A DNA stretch of 64,000 bases from an uncultured delta proteobacterium (lineage in GTDB: Bacteria; Desulfobacterota; Binatia; UBA9968), in contig CAWFJP010000017.1 of assembly GCA_963816145.1 (NCBI GenBank), forward strand, positions 32,001-96,000, written 5' to 3'. The notes beneath the pieces were generated by a model. The model saw nothing but the letters and a program-made list of their open reading frames with translations. It ran no database searches and was not told the DNA's origin. Below, one piece after another: positions 29,662 to 39,868 of this stretch; positions within the stretch are counted from its first letter, which is position 1; the number at the start of each line of letters is the position of its first letter. Made by a program: the position numbers and the translations under genes.

Positions 29662-30418
29662 CACAATCTATGTAGACCTTTGGCGACGCCATTGGTGGTG
29701 GCGCGTACGGCACGAACTGGTAATCCGCACCGTCGAACAGCTCTTTCACGGCGACGATACACCACCGTCACAAAGAACCATCTTCGACATCGGCTGTGCG
29801 GGCGGCGTGAGCTTTGACGACCTGAGCCGCTACGGCGAGGTGTATGGTTCGGAGCCTGACCCGACTCTAGTGGATTCTTGTCCGCAGTGGCGCCACTGCG
29901 TTGAACTGACTGGATTTGGGCCGGATTATTCAGCGCCGCGGCAGTATGACCTAGTGCTGATGCTCGATGTCCTTGAACACATCGAGGACGAACGCCTAGC
30001 TCTGGGAAACCTCCGGCGACTACTCAAGCCCGGAGGACATGCCATCCTCACTGTTCCTGCGCTCCAGTCGCTGTGGAGCGTGCACGATGTGATCAATAAG
30101 CATTACCGCCGCTACGACAAAATGGGTTTGCATCGTCTGATCGAGGACAGCGGTTTTGCAGTCCGTGAGCTGCGGTATTTCTACATCTGGCCGTTGGGGT
30201 TGATGTATCTGCGTAAGCTGTTTTTCGGAACCAAGCAGCGTGCCCGGAAGTCGTACACTGTCACCGTGCCTCCCGCCCCAGTGAACCGACTGTTCGCTGG
30301 AATTTCGCGCACCGAGCAGCGGCTCATGCGGCTCGGCGTTCACTGGCCGCTCGGCAGTTCACTACTCGCTGTGGCCGAAAGGACTCAGGGGCTGCCATCG
30401 GATGCTGTCACCCATTAG
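29645..30418 (+). CDS. Class I SAM-dependent methyltransferase
   Basis: HWWW..R, DIGCAGG, LDVLEHIEDE, LKPGG..ILTVPA, H.RRY; start MQESY overlaps the GT2 stop. Confidence 0.88.
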   Translation: MQESYSTIYVDLWRRHWWWRVRHELVIRTVEQLFHGDDTPPSQRTIFDIGCAGGVSFDDLSRYGEVYGSEPDPTLVDSCPQWRHCVELTGFGPDYSAPRQYDLVLMLDVLEHIEDERLALGNLRRLLKPGGHAILTVPALQSLWSVHDVINKHYRRYDKMGLHRLIEDSGFAVRELRYFYIWPLGLMYLRKLFFGTKQRARKSYTVTVPPAPVNRLFAGISRTEQRLMRLGVHWPLGSSLLAVAERTQGLPSDAVTH

Positions 30419-30650
30419 TGTCCCTAACGCTTTTTTACATTTGGCGATTTTGAACATGATGTTATCGGGAGAGGCTTTCCAAACGAAAACGTACGGGTTT
30501 TGGTTGTGAGATTTCAGGTAGTCTTCGATGGCAGCAAGCAATTCCGCAACACTGCGAAAACTGCCGCGGCGAACCCGCTTGTCGGTAATCTCTCGAAACC
30601 AACGCTCGATCAGTTTCAACCAAGAACTCGATGTCGGGTTGAAGTGAATG
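30415..30650 (-). mobile_element. IS630-family transposase 3' remnant
   Basis: SSWLKLIERWFREITDKRVRRGSFRSVAELLAAIEDYL..HNQNP..FVW; ends ...GGGACACTA at the methyltransferase stop. Confidence 0.85.
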
Positions 30651-30665
30651 TGGAATCTGAATTAT

Positions 30666-30715
30666 GGGGTCGCGTCTTACAGTGCGAAAAAATGTCTGAT
30701 TGCAAAACCTGACTC
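30666..30715. repeat. REP-like imperfect palindrome
   Basis: ggggtcgcgtcttacagtgcgaaaaaatgtctgattgcaaaacctgactc. Confidence 0.7.
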
Positions 30716-30731
30716 TTAATCGCAGCGTTGG

Positions 30732-31721
30732 CTATTTTTTCAAAACCGACGCGATAAAACCTTCTTTGTCGAGCTTTTCGACAAATTGCGGCGCTATGAA
30801 TTGGGCGGGATCGGCGGTCTTTGCTTTGGGGTGCTTCGACCAATCCAAGATGGTCTTGACGCTCTGAAGCGTCGGATAGGGCTTATCGATAAATCGCGCG
30901 GATAATACGGTGTAGGCTTCTTCCAACTCGTCTTGGTTTTGCACTCGCATATATTTTTGCAGGATCCGTTTAGACTCGGTTTTACGTGTTTTAAAAAAAT
31001 GAACCGCTTCTATGAGCGAGCGCGTAACTCTGTCCAAAAGTATCGGATCTTTGCGCACCGATTCTTGCCGGGCGATCAGCGAGGCCGAAGGATATTCCAG
31101 GCTGTCGAGAGCTGGAATGCTGTCGAATATATTAAACCCCGCGCGCTTGGCGGTCAGGGTGAAGGGTGGTGACAATCCGGTGGCATCGACAAGGCCCGAC
31201 TGGAGCGCTGCAAGCCGGGTCGCCGCATCGCCGGAGGTCACATAAATAACCTCTTTCTCCGGGTTGATCCCCAGAGCATGCAGCATAATCTTGATCGCCA
31301 GAATCGCGCTGCCGACCAGGCTATTGACCGCAATCTTTTTCCCTTTTAGTTGCGTGGGGTGGCTAATCTCCTTCCTGGCGACGAACACTTGATCCATGCG
31401 ATTGGCAGGCACGGCGACGATGACGAGTTCGGCGCCGGCAAGCGCCGCTTCGATGGCCGCGACGCCGCCGGCGATGATGATATCGAAGCTGCGGCTCACC
31501 AGCGCTTGAGTTCCCATGGCGCCGCCGCGAATGAAGATGATATCCGCATTGACGTTATACTTGTCAAAAAAGCCGATCTCCTTGGCGACCCAAACGGGCG
31601 CATAGGTGGGCGAAAAATTAGCGTAGCCGATGATTACCTTGTTGCTCTGCGCCCTCGCCGGGTGGGCGCATAAGACGCTTGCGAAATACCCAGCAGCGAG
31701 AAAAAATATTTTGACCTTCAT
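30732..31721 (-). CDS. ABC substrate-binding protein, NMT1/THI5/SsuA-like
   Basis: WVAKEIGFFDKY, LKGKKIAV, RLAALQSG.VDA, ADPAQFI. Confidence 0.88.
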   Translation of the reverse strand: MKVKIFFLAAGYFASVLCAHPARAQSNKVIIGYANFSPTYAPVWVAKEIGFFDKYNVNADIIFIRGGAMGTQALVSRSFDIIIAGGVAAIEAALAGAELVIVAVPANRMDQVFVARKEISHPTQLKGKKIAVNSLVGSAILAIKIMLHALGINPEKEVIYVTSGDAATRLAALQSGLVDATGLSPPFTLTAKRAGFNIFDSIPALDSLEYPSASLIARQESVRKDPILLDRVTRSLIEAVHFFKTRKTESKRILQKYMRVQNQDELEEAYTVLSARFIDKPYPTLQSVKTILDWSKHPKAKTADPAQFIAPQFVEKLDKEGFIASVLKK

Positions 31722-31882
31722 AGCATCTGTAGATCTGCTTATGTAACTGCCGTTGAATTGTCAACGAAAACTCCGGATGTTGCGGCGACGCGCCTAAAGG
31801 TAGTAGGCATGAAGCAGCGGCGACTTTTACATACTTAACTTCAAGAAACCGAACAACAAGGCTTTAGAGAAAGGATCATGGC

Positions 31883-32605
31883 ATGAAAACTAGCATAGAC
31901 TCAGCGCGGATTGGTGAACTGAAAAACCGGCTGGCCGAGAGCGTGCGGATTTGCGTCCGCGAGGAGCTGTTGGAAAACTTCGGCCATGTCAGCGCCCGGG
32001 ATCCCCAATCGAAACGGATTTTTGTCCTTAGGCATTTGCATGAACGGCTCGACAAAGTGACCGCCAAGGATATTATCGAGGTGGACGAATCGGGGCGCGC
32101 GGTGAGCGGAAAACTTGAGCCGCCCAAAGAGGTGTTTCTGCACGCGGCCATCTACCGCAAACGGCAAGATGTCCATGCCGTCGTCTACTCGCATCCCCTC
32201 TATTCGACGATTCTCGGCGTGCTCGGCAAACCGATCCTGCCGCTGCTTGCCAATTGCACGTTTATCAAGTCGGGCATTCGGCTCTTCGACGTGCCGCGAT
32301 ACATCGGCTCCGCCGAGGTGGCCGAGCTCATGATCAAGGCACTCGACTCTTCGGTGGCCTTGTTGCTGCGCGGCAGCGGACTCGTGACCGTGGCGGAAAA
32401 TATTCAGGAAGCGACGCTGTTATCCATCCTCATCGAAAAGTCGGCGAAGATCCAGTATATGGCTTCGGCGATCGGTGAGCCCAGGGCGATTGTTGCCGAC
32501 GAAATGCCCGGCAAGTTCGGCAGTATGCCGACGCATTTTTTTGAATCCACCTGGGGCCATTATGTCTCGAAATCAAAACCGCCGGCACAGCGCGCTTCTG
32601 CTTAG
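31883..32605 (+). CDS. Class II aldolase/adducin family protein
   Basis: FGHVSAR, E.FLHAAIYRKR.DV.AVVYSH, LLRGSG; some His metal ligands appear substituted. Confidence 0.85.
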   Translation: MKTSIDSARIGELKNRLAESVRICVREELLENFGHVSARDPQSKRIFVLRHLHERLDKVTAKDIIEVDESGRAVSGKLEPPKEVFLHAAIYRKRQDVHAVVYSHPLYSTILGVLGKPILPLLANCTFIKSGIRLFDVPRYIGSAEVAELMIKALDSSVALLLRGSGLVTVAENIQEATLLSILIEKSAKIQYMASAIGEPRAIVADEMPGKFGSMPTHFFESTWGHYVSKSKPPAQRASA

Positions 32606-33091
32606 TTTGCGCGTCGACGCCGGGTGATTGCGAACTCAGGTTCGGGGCGAGTTATACGGTTTGAACTGACCCCGGACTCGATTCGGGGGGTTGAATGGCT
32701 TGAACGTATTGAACCAGCCCCAGGGAGAGCAATGGTCCACAAGTTCGACACGATCGTAGCGAAGGCGAGCAAAGTGCATCACTGCAAGACCTGACCGCGG
32801 CTTCCGGCCGTTTCGGGTTGCAGGGCCATGTTGAATCCGAATATAAATTTATCATTAACCCCGCCTCTTGAGGCGGACACAACTAAATGGGGGGTTCCAA
32901 AAGGGGACGAGCATCCCCTTTGCAATATTGAAATTGGCGGCGGGGTTAAATCCCCGGCCGCGAAGTGGTTTCGTTGAATGATCGATTCGCTCGAAGCGCC
33001 TTCGGATTTGAGGCACTCTTAATCGTGGACCGCTTTCGTCCCGGAAGATCCGGTCCTGAAGGGCTAGGCATGATGACGCGAGGAGGATCTC

Positions 33092-34630
33092 ATGAACCGG
33101 AAAAAATCGGCAGTGACCCGGAGAGATTTTCTCAAGCAGAGCGCAGCCGTCGGTTTAGGGATGCTGGCCGGACGGCATCTTGTTGGATCGGCTTGGGCCG
33201 CCTCCAAAGAGCGTGTCACCATTCTCAGCTCCAGCGTCACCGATACGCTCAATCCCTACAATCATAGCGGCAGCCTCATCTATGGAATGTGGCAGCACAT
33301 CTTCGAGCCCTTGGTTGAGGTCACCTATAACCCGGTGCGCTACACCGGAGTCTTGGCCGAGTCATGGGAATTCCAGGGGAAGAACTGGGTCTTTCGCCTG
33401 CGCAAAGCCATTCGCTTTCACGACGGCGCTCCGTTTACCGCCAAGGACGTTATTTTTTCCGTCAACCGTATGAGGACGGACAAGAACAGCCTGCAAGGAA
33501 CCAACTTCAACGATGTTGTCGAGATGCAGGCTCCGGATGACTATACCGTGGTTTTTGTCTTGAAGCGGCCCAATGCGGTTTTTCTCGACCGAGTGGAAAA
33601 CCGCTTCATCGTCAGCAAAGCGGCCAACGATAAGTACGGCGACGAGATGGACCAACATGAGATCGGCACCGGCGCGTATAAGTTCGTGAGCTTTCAGCGC
33701 GGCGGCAATTTTGTCATGACGCGCAACGATGACTACTGGGGCGCGAAACCGGAGATCAAGGAAGTGATCTTCAAGAAGGTGACCGAGGACGCCGCGCGAG
33801 TCGCCGCGCTGGAATCGGGTCAGGCCGACGTTATCAACAATGTGCCGGTGCACGAAGTGGCGCGCTTGGAACGCAGTCCAAGGGCGAGAATAGAGAAGGT
33901 GGAAGGGCTCAGAATGTTCTTTCTCGTCTTGAACCCCGCGTTTAAGCCCTTCGACAACAAGCTCGTCCGTCAGGCGGTCAACTATTCGGTGGACGCGCCG
34001 GCGATCGTCAAGAATATCTTTGACGGCGGCGGCTATGTGCTCAACGGTCCAGTGGGCTCCAACGTCATCGGCTACGATCCGACTCACAAACGCTATCCCT
34101 ATGATCCGAAAAAATCGCGCGAACTTCTGGCCAAGGCAGGTTATCCCGGAGGTGTTGCCGTCAAGCTTTATTTATCCTCCGGCCGTTTCGCCCAGGATCG
34201 GGAAGCCTGCCAGGTGGTCGCCGCCCAGATGGAAAAGGGTGGATTCAAGGTCGAGGTAGTCTCACAGGAGTGGGCGATTTTCTGGGGCACCACCGGCGTC
34301 AACGGCGGCAAGCTGCCTTTTTACTACATCGGCAGAGGCAGCCTGGTCGACGCCGATACTCTTTACGACCAATATTTTCGCACCGGGACTTCCAAGCGAG
34401 TAGCCTACAGCAATCCCGAGTTCGATAAGCTGGTCGAAGAGGAACAGGCTACCGCGGATAACAAAAAACGTATTGCCGTCCTGCAGCAAGCCGGAAAAAT
34501 TCTCATGGAGGACGTGCCGTTCGTACCGCTCTACAATCTGGCGGATTTCTACGGCGCCGCGCGCAACATCCTCTGGAGCGCCCGGCCCGACGAAAAGATT
34601 TGCAGCTGGGACATGAAAATCAAATCGTGA
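33092..34630 (+). CDS. ABC peptide/nickel substrate-binding protein (family 5), Tat-exported
   Basis: TRRDFLK, LAESWE, FHDG.PFTA.DV.FS, GTGAYKF, VRQAVNY. Confidence 0.93.
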   Translation: MNRKKSAVTRRDFLKQSAAVGLGMLAGRHLVGSAWAASKERVTILSSSVTDTLNPYNHSGSLIYGMWQHIFEPLVEVTYNPVRYTGVLAESWEFQGKNWVFRLRKAIRFHDGAPFTAKDVIFSVNRMRTDKNSLQGTNFNDVVEMQAPDDYTVVFVLKRPNAVFLDRVENRFIVSKAANDKYGDEMDQHEIGTGAYKFVSFQRGGNFVMTRNDDYWGAKPEIKEVIFKKVTEDAARVAALESGQADVINNVPVHEVARLERSPRARIEKVEGLRMFFLVLNPAFKPFDNKLVRQAVNYSVDAPAIVKNIFDGGGYVLNGPVGSNVIGYDPTHKRYPYDPKKSRELLAKAGYPGGVAVKLYLSSGRFAQDREACQVVAAQMEKGGFKVEVVSQEWAIFWGTTGVNGGKLPFYYIGRGSLVDADTLYDQYFRTGTSKRVAYSNPEFDKLVEEEQATADNKKRIAVLQQAGKILMEDVPFVPLYNLADFYGAARNILWSARPDEKICSWDMKIKS

Positions 34631-34904
34631 AACCTATTACGTTTCGTGCCGGCTGTGAAAGCGTCGGAAAATGTCTGACGGCTGTAGCGAGATGCCCGAT
34701 AGTCTGCTGATCCGGGGTAGCAGAGAGACTGTTGACTAACAGCGTAGCTCCGCAAAATACAGATTCGATCACGAATGGAAAGCACCGGCTTAATTTATCG
34801 GATGTGCCAAGGAAGCTGGCTCCTAGCCAATCTCAAATGGCTCGTGACGTCACCTGCCAGAGTGCCTCCATTGTGGTTTCATTTATCTACAAGGTAACCA
34901 CAAT

Positions 34905-35231
34905 ATGAAAAAATCCATTGCATCACGAAGCCAGCAGCCGCGGCGCCCCAAGGCGGACGTTGGTAGACCGACCATTGGGATTCGTGAGCTGAAGGCCAAA
35001 GCGTCAGCGATTATCGACGACGTGAAGAGCCGCCGGGTTTGCTATGCGGTGACCAAACGTGGAACCGTCGAAGCGCTGATTGTTCCGGTGGATGCCGGCG
35101 AACGGCTGCTTGGACAGGCCGATGTCGATAGCGGCTGGGATGCTTGGCAGACGTTGGTCGAGCAGCTCACCAAAGAGTCAGGCAAGAGAACCCGCTCCGC
35201 CGCTGTTGAGCTTGACCAGATGAGACGCTAG
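34905..35231 (+). CDS. Phd/YefM-family antitoxin
   Basis: IGIRELKAKASAII..V......VTKRG...A.IVP. Confidence 0.85.
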   Translation: MKKSIASRSQQPRRPKADVGRPTIGIRELKAKASAIIDDVKSRRVCYAVTKRGTVEALIVPVDAGERLLGQADVDSGWDAWQTLVEQLTKESGKRTRSAAVELDQMRR

Positions 35232-35232
35232 C

Positions 35233-35670
35233 GTGCGCTTGATCACAATCGATTCGAGCGTTTTTGTCAGCGCAGCGCGGCAAGGCGAGGTCGGCAACGC
35301 CGAGAGCGTTCGTTTCTTGAGTTGGGTACGAAGGTTTCGCCCGCGTTTATTCTTGCCGACGCTGGTGATTGCAGAAGTCGCCGCCGCGCTTAGCCGAACG
35401 GGCAGTGCCGCCGGGCCGGCCCAGCAATATGCGCTGGCAATCGGGCAGCTGCCCCATACGGTTATGGTGGCCTTAGATGAAGGTTTGGCCCGTCAAGCGG
35501 CTGAGCTCGCCGCACGGCACAAGCTGCGCGGAGTGGATTCGGTGTTTCTGGCTTCGGCTGCTTTGTTTGCTGCTGAGTTGGTAACTTTGGATCGCCTGCA
35601 ACTGGAGCGCGGCTCAGCCATAGTGCCAACCCTTTCTCCGGCCGACTTCCTCATGTCCGACAAGTCGTGA
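35233..35670 (+). CDS. vapC: PIN-domain VapC-family toxin
   Basis: IDSSVF, AEV, LRGVDS..LA.A, LVTLD; coupled to the antitoxin. Confidence 0.88.
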   Translation: MRLITIDSSVFVSAARQGEVGNAESVRFLSWVRRFRPRLFLPTLVIAEVAAALSRTGSAAGPAQQYALAIGQLPHTVMVALDEGLARQAAELAARHKLRGVDSVFLASAALFAAELVTLDRLQLERGSAIVPTLSPADFLMSDKS

Positions 35671-35750
35671 TTGTAGTGTCAGTGAGTTTGTCCAGGTGCG
35701 AAACATAGTCCACGAATTACCCCGGGGGCCCACTACCAGCGGAGAAACCC

Positions 35751-36077
35751 ATGAATCGTAAACGTAAACCAGCGCCATCCCGTAGCCACGAAGAGGCGAC
35801 GGTGGAGAGTTTTCGCGGCGACCCGGCATTTGCGGCGGAGTATTTGAACGCCATCCTTGAAGACGGCGATCAAGACGAATTTATGCTCGCGTTACGCCGA
35901 AAGTCCGAAGCTTTTGGCGGCGTGCAGCAGCTCGCCCGGAACGCGAGATTGAAGGCGAATACGCTTTACCGCACGCTTTCGTCCAAAGGCGATCCGGAAT
36001 TGAAGAGCTTGCGGGTGGTTCTACGGGCCATGGGAATGCAGCGCACATTCCGTCCACTGCGGAAAAAGGTCGCCTGA
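35751..36077 (+). CDS. Addiction-module antidote HTH protein (HI1420-like), orphan
   Basis: DPAFAAEYLNAILEDGD...GG...LA....L....LYRTLS.KG.PEL.SL..VL.AMG. Confidence 0.85.
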   Translation: MNRKRKPAPSRSHEEATVESFRGDPAFAAEYLNAILEDGDQDEFMLALRRKSEAFGGVQQLARNARLKANTLYRTLSSKGDPELKSLRVVLRAMGMQRTFRPLRKKVA

Positions 36078-36178
36078 GTTAAGATTCCGAAGTCAAATTC
36101 TCACCGGATGTGTCCATGGGTCTGATCGTGATAAGGTGACGCTCATGCTTGCCAAGAGAAGATCCAGGGAGGGAGCCG

Positions 36179-37246
36179 ATGAAGTCTCGTTCCACGTTCG
36201 TGATCGTTGCCGCAATCGCCGCCATGATCGCCGCTAGTCCGGCGCAGGCCGCAGGCCTGAAACAGGTCGCCGAAATATCGATTCCCGGTGATCCGATCAC
36301 CGACATCGGCATTATGGACATCGACCAAACGACCGGTCTCGGCTATCTCGCCGACAAGACCAACAAATCGGTTGTCGTCTTCGATACCAAGACCGACAAA
36401 TTCGTCGCGCGCATAGCGGGCTTCGTCGGGCAGTTGAAGGATGGCAACGCCTCGGGACCGAATGGTGTTGCCGCCGTCGGCGCCGAAGTGTGGGTGAGCG
36501 ACGGCGACAGCACGATCAAGATGATCGATACCAAGACCGGCAAGATCACGGCGACGTTCGCCACCGGCGGAACCAAGCGCGCCAACGGCATGGCCTTGGG
36601 CGAAAACATCGGCGTCGTCATCGTCGCCAATTCGAACGACGATCCGCCGTTCTTGAGCTTGATCTCGACTGCGCCCGATCACAAAATCCTGGCGAAGATC
36701 CCGATTCCGCAGTCCGGCGAGAACCTGGAGCGCTCCGCGTATCACGCGCCCAGCGGCATGTTCTACACAGCCATCCCGGTCTCACGCGCCGACGCCACCA
36801 AGGGTTTGTTGGCGCAGACCGACGGCAAAAACGGCAAGCTCGTGAAGCTGCACGAACTCGCAGGGTGTCATCCGCATAGTCTCTCCATGGTCTCGGACGC
36901 GACCATTTTCCTCGGTTGCAGCAGCGCCCACGGCCAGTCGCCCAAGCCCGGCGGTGACATGGCGATTTTCGATATCGCGGCCGGCAAGGTGGAAACAATT
37001 CTCACGGGATACGGCGGCAACGGCGGCTCGACGGTGAATCGCAAACTCGGCCAGTACTACCATTCCACCTCGGCTGGAACCTTGATGGTGGTCGACATCA
37101 AGACGAAAAACGGCCTGCAACAAATTCCGACGTCCAATGGCGCGCGCTCGCTCGGCGTGAGTCTCGCCAACAATCGCGTCTATGTGGCCACGACAGCGAA
37201 GGAGTTGGCCTGCCGTGGATGCATCGTGGTGTATGCGCCGGAGTAA
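36179..37246 (+). CDS. Secreted YncE/YVTN-like beta-propeller protein
   Basis: Signal peptide, repeated VFDTKT/MIDTKTGK blades, SGPNGV. Confidence 0.75.
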   Translation: MKSRSTFVIVAAIAAMIAASPAQAAGLKQVAEISIPGDPITDIGIMDIDQTTGLGYLADKTNKSVVVFDTKTDKFVARIAGFVGQLKDGNASGPNGVAAVGAEVWVSDGDSTIKMIDTKTGKITATFATGGTKRANGMALGENIGVVIVANSNDDPPFLSLISTAPDHKILAKIPIPQSGENLERSAYHAPSGMFYTAIPVSRADATKGLLAQTDGKNGKLVKLHELAGCHPHSLSMVSDATIFLGCSSAHGQSPKPGGDMAIFDIAAGKVETILTGYGGNGGSTVNRKLGQYYHSTSAGTLMVVDIKTKNGLQQIPTSNGARSLGVSLANNRVYVATTAKELACRGCIVVYAPE

Positions 37247-37821
37247 GGAAGACTACGAGCAGTGATTGCGGATTGTGTCTCTCAGAAATCAGACAGCAGA
37301 AAGGCGAAAAATCGAATTATGGAAACAAGTGTGAACGAGTCGAACAAAATAACTCAATACTCAGGCACGACCCCAATGCCCCGCCCTAAATTGACGGCTA
37401 AATGAGATTGACAGATCCCGGGACGTGTCGGTCAAAGGTTTGACCGCAAAACTGGGTTCCTGACAATGACTCTGAGGGATGAATCGCTTCGACGAGGAAC
37501 CGCGACAAGGCACAGGGGTAAAGGGAGAACGGGTAGCGCTGCTTGCCTCCAAGGCCTTGACAAACAACCCTCCGTACTTAAATTTTCGCGGAGTTCGGGG
37601 GCGCGAATGCGACCCCGCTTAGTAACAGGCATGGTTATGGAGGTACTGTTTGCCCCTTCTTATCGAATAGCCGGCGGTGTTGAAAGCTTTGCTGCGTATC
37701 GTCCGGGCGACGCTGGCGCCCCCAACGAGCCACAGCAACGGGTCGGCTTAATTCTGGTTCATATAGGCTAACTTCACTCCACGGCGCGTCCGACACAGCG
37801 CGCGCCTTTTCAGAATATTTT

Positions 37822-39729
37822 ATGACGACTGATACAACCCAAGAAACCCACGGCTTCCAGGCCGAAGTCAAACAACTCCTCAACCTGATGATTCACTCCT
37901 TGTATTCCAACAAGGAGATTTTTTTGCGCGAGCTGATTTCCAATGCCTCGGACGCGGCGGACAAGCTGCGTTTCGAAGCGCTTACCGACAACGCGCTGAT
38001 GGAAAACGATCCGGAGTTGAAAATCCGCGTCTCCTACGACCCGAAAGCGCGCACGGTGACCGTGACCGACAACGGCATCGGCATGTCGCGAGATGAAGTC
38101 ATCGCCAACATCGGCACCATCGCCAAATCCGGCACGCGCGAGTTTTTGACGAGTCTGACCGGCGACCAGCAAAAGGACGCCAACTTGATCGGCCAGTTCG
38201 GCGTGGGTTTTTATTCGTCCTTTGTGGTGGCCGACAAAGTGACCGTGGTGACGCGCCGCGCCGGGTTGACCAAAGAGCATGGCGTGCGCTGGGAATCCGA
38301 CGGCGGCGGCGAATACACGCTGGAAGTCGTCGAAAAAGAATCACGCGGCACCGAGGTCACGCTGCATTTGCGCGACGGCGAAGACGAGCTCGCCAACGGT
38401 AACCGGCTGCGCGGCATCATTCGCAAGTTCTCCGACCACATCACGCTGCCGATCGTGATGAAGGAAGAGGAATGGGACAAAGACAATTCGCGCTACCGCA
38501 CCACGGGAAAGGATCAAACCGTCAACCAGGCGAGCGCGTTGTGGGCGCGCTCGAAAAACGACATCACCGAAGAACAGTACCATGAGTTTTACAAGCATGT
38601 GGCGCACGACTTCGAAGCGCCCCTGGTTTACACTCACAACAAGGTCGAAGGCCGCAAGGAATACACGCAGCTCTTATATATCCCGGCGCGCGCGCCGTTC
38701 GATCTGTGGGACCGCGATCACCGGCGCGGCATCAAGCTCTACGTGCGGCGCGTGTTCATCATGGACGACGCCGAGCAATTGCTGCCAACCTATTTGCGCT
38801 TCGTGCGCGGCGTGATCGACTCGGCCGACCTGCCGCTCAATGTGTCGCGCGAAATCCTGCAGGAATCGAAAGACATCCAGGATATCCGCTCCGCCAACGT
38901 CAAGCGCGTGCTGTCGATGATCGAAGACCTCGCCGAGAAGGACAAGGAAAAATTTGCGACCTTCTGGAAGGAGTTCGGCAAAGTCATCAAAGAAGGCGTG
39001 GTGGAGGACTACGGCAACAGCGAGCGCATTGCCAAAGTGCTGCGCTTCGCGTCCACGCATACGGATACCGAGGCGCAGGAAGTCTCGCTCGCGGATTACG
39101 TTTCGCGCATGAAGCCCGAGCAGGAAAAAATCTATTACGTCACCGCGGAAACCTTTGCCGCCGCCAAGAACAGCCCGCACCTCGAAGTGTTTCGCAAAAA
39201 GGGCGTTGAAGTGCTGCTGATGTACGACCGTGTCGACGAATGGGTGACGCAGCATTTGATGGAGTTCGAAGGCAAAAAACTTCAGTCGGTGGCGAAAGGC
39301 CGTCTGGAATTGGGCAAGCTCGAAGACGAAGCCGAAAAAAAAGCCCAGGAAAAAGAAGAAAGCGAGTCCAAGCCCTTGCTCGAACGCATCAAAACATCCC
39401 TCGGCGAATCGGTCAAGGATGTGCGCGTGACGTTGCGGCTCACCGATTCACCGGCGTGTCTGGTGGCGGACGAGCATGACATGGGCGCGCACTACGAGCG
39501 GCTGCTCAAAGCCTCCGGCCAAAACCTGCCGGCGTCCAAGCCCATCCTTGAAATCAATCCGCAGCATCCCTTGGTGCTGCGTTTGAAGTATGAGCCCGAC
39601 GAGGCACGCTTTACCGATCTTGCCAAAGTGCTTTTCGATCAGTCGCTGCTCGCCGAAGGCGGCCAACTGGAAGACCCGGCCGGGTTTGTCAAGCGATTGA
39701 ATCAGTTGATGCTGGCTTTAGGTAACTGA
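37822..39729 (+). CDS. htpG: Chaperone HtpG (Hsp90)
   Basis: [56 protein letters not shown]. Confidence 0.99.
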   Translation: MTTDTTQETHGFQAEVKQLLNLMIHSLYSNKEIFLRELISNASDAADKLRFEALTDNALMENDPELKIRVSYDPKARTVTVTDNGIGMSRDEVIANIGTIAKSGTREFLTSLTGDQQKDANLIGQFGVGFYSSFVVADKVTVVTRRAGLTKEHGVRWESDGGGEYTLEVVEKESRGTEVTLHLRDGEDELANGNRLRGIIRKFSDHITLPIVMKEEEWDKDNSRYRTTGKDQTVNQASALWARSKNDITEEQYHEFYKHVAHDFEAPLVYTHNKVEGRKEYTQLLYIPARAPFDLWDRDHRRGIKLYVRRVFIMDDAEQLLPTYLRFVRGVIDSADLPLNVSREILQESKDIQDIRSANVKRVLSMIEDLAEKDKEKFATFWKEFGKVIKEGVVEDYGNSERIAKVLRFASTHTDTEAQEVSLADYVSRMKPEQEKIYYVTAETFAAAKNSPHLEVFRKKGVEVLLMYDRVDEWVTQHLMEFEGKKLQSVAKGRLELGKLEDEAEKKAQEKEESESKPLLERIKTSLGESVKDVRVTLRLTDSPACLVADEHDMGAHYERLLKASGQNLPASKPILEINPQHPLVLRLKYEPDEARFTDLAKVLFDQSLLAEGGQLEDPAGFVKRLNQLMLALGN

Positions 39730-39868
39730 CTGGTGGTCGACACCAAACGATAAAGGGGTTGCAATAAATTCCGACGTCTAACGGCGCGCGCTCGCTTCAT
39801 CAAAATAGTTAAGTTGTAAAAGCCCGCGTCCGCTCGTTGGACCGATCGTCGGACCGAGACCGGGAGCA

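Noticed and set aside
37557-37821. Possible promoter (TTGACA-16-TAAATT) and structured leader, riboswitch or CIRCE upstream of htpG
   Set aside because: No CIRCE or recognisable RNA family motif was seen, and a promoter-like match alone is insufficient.
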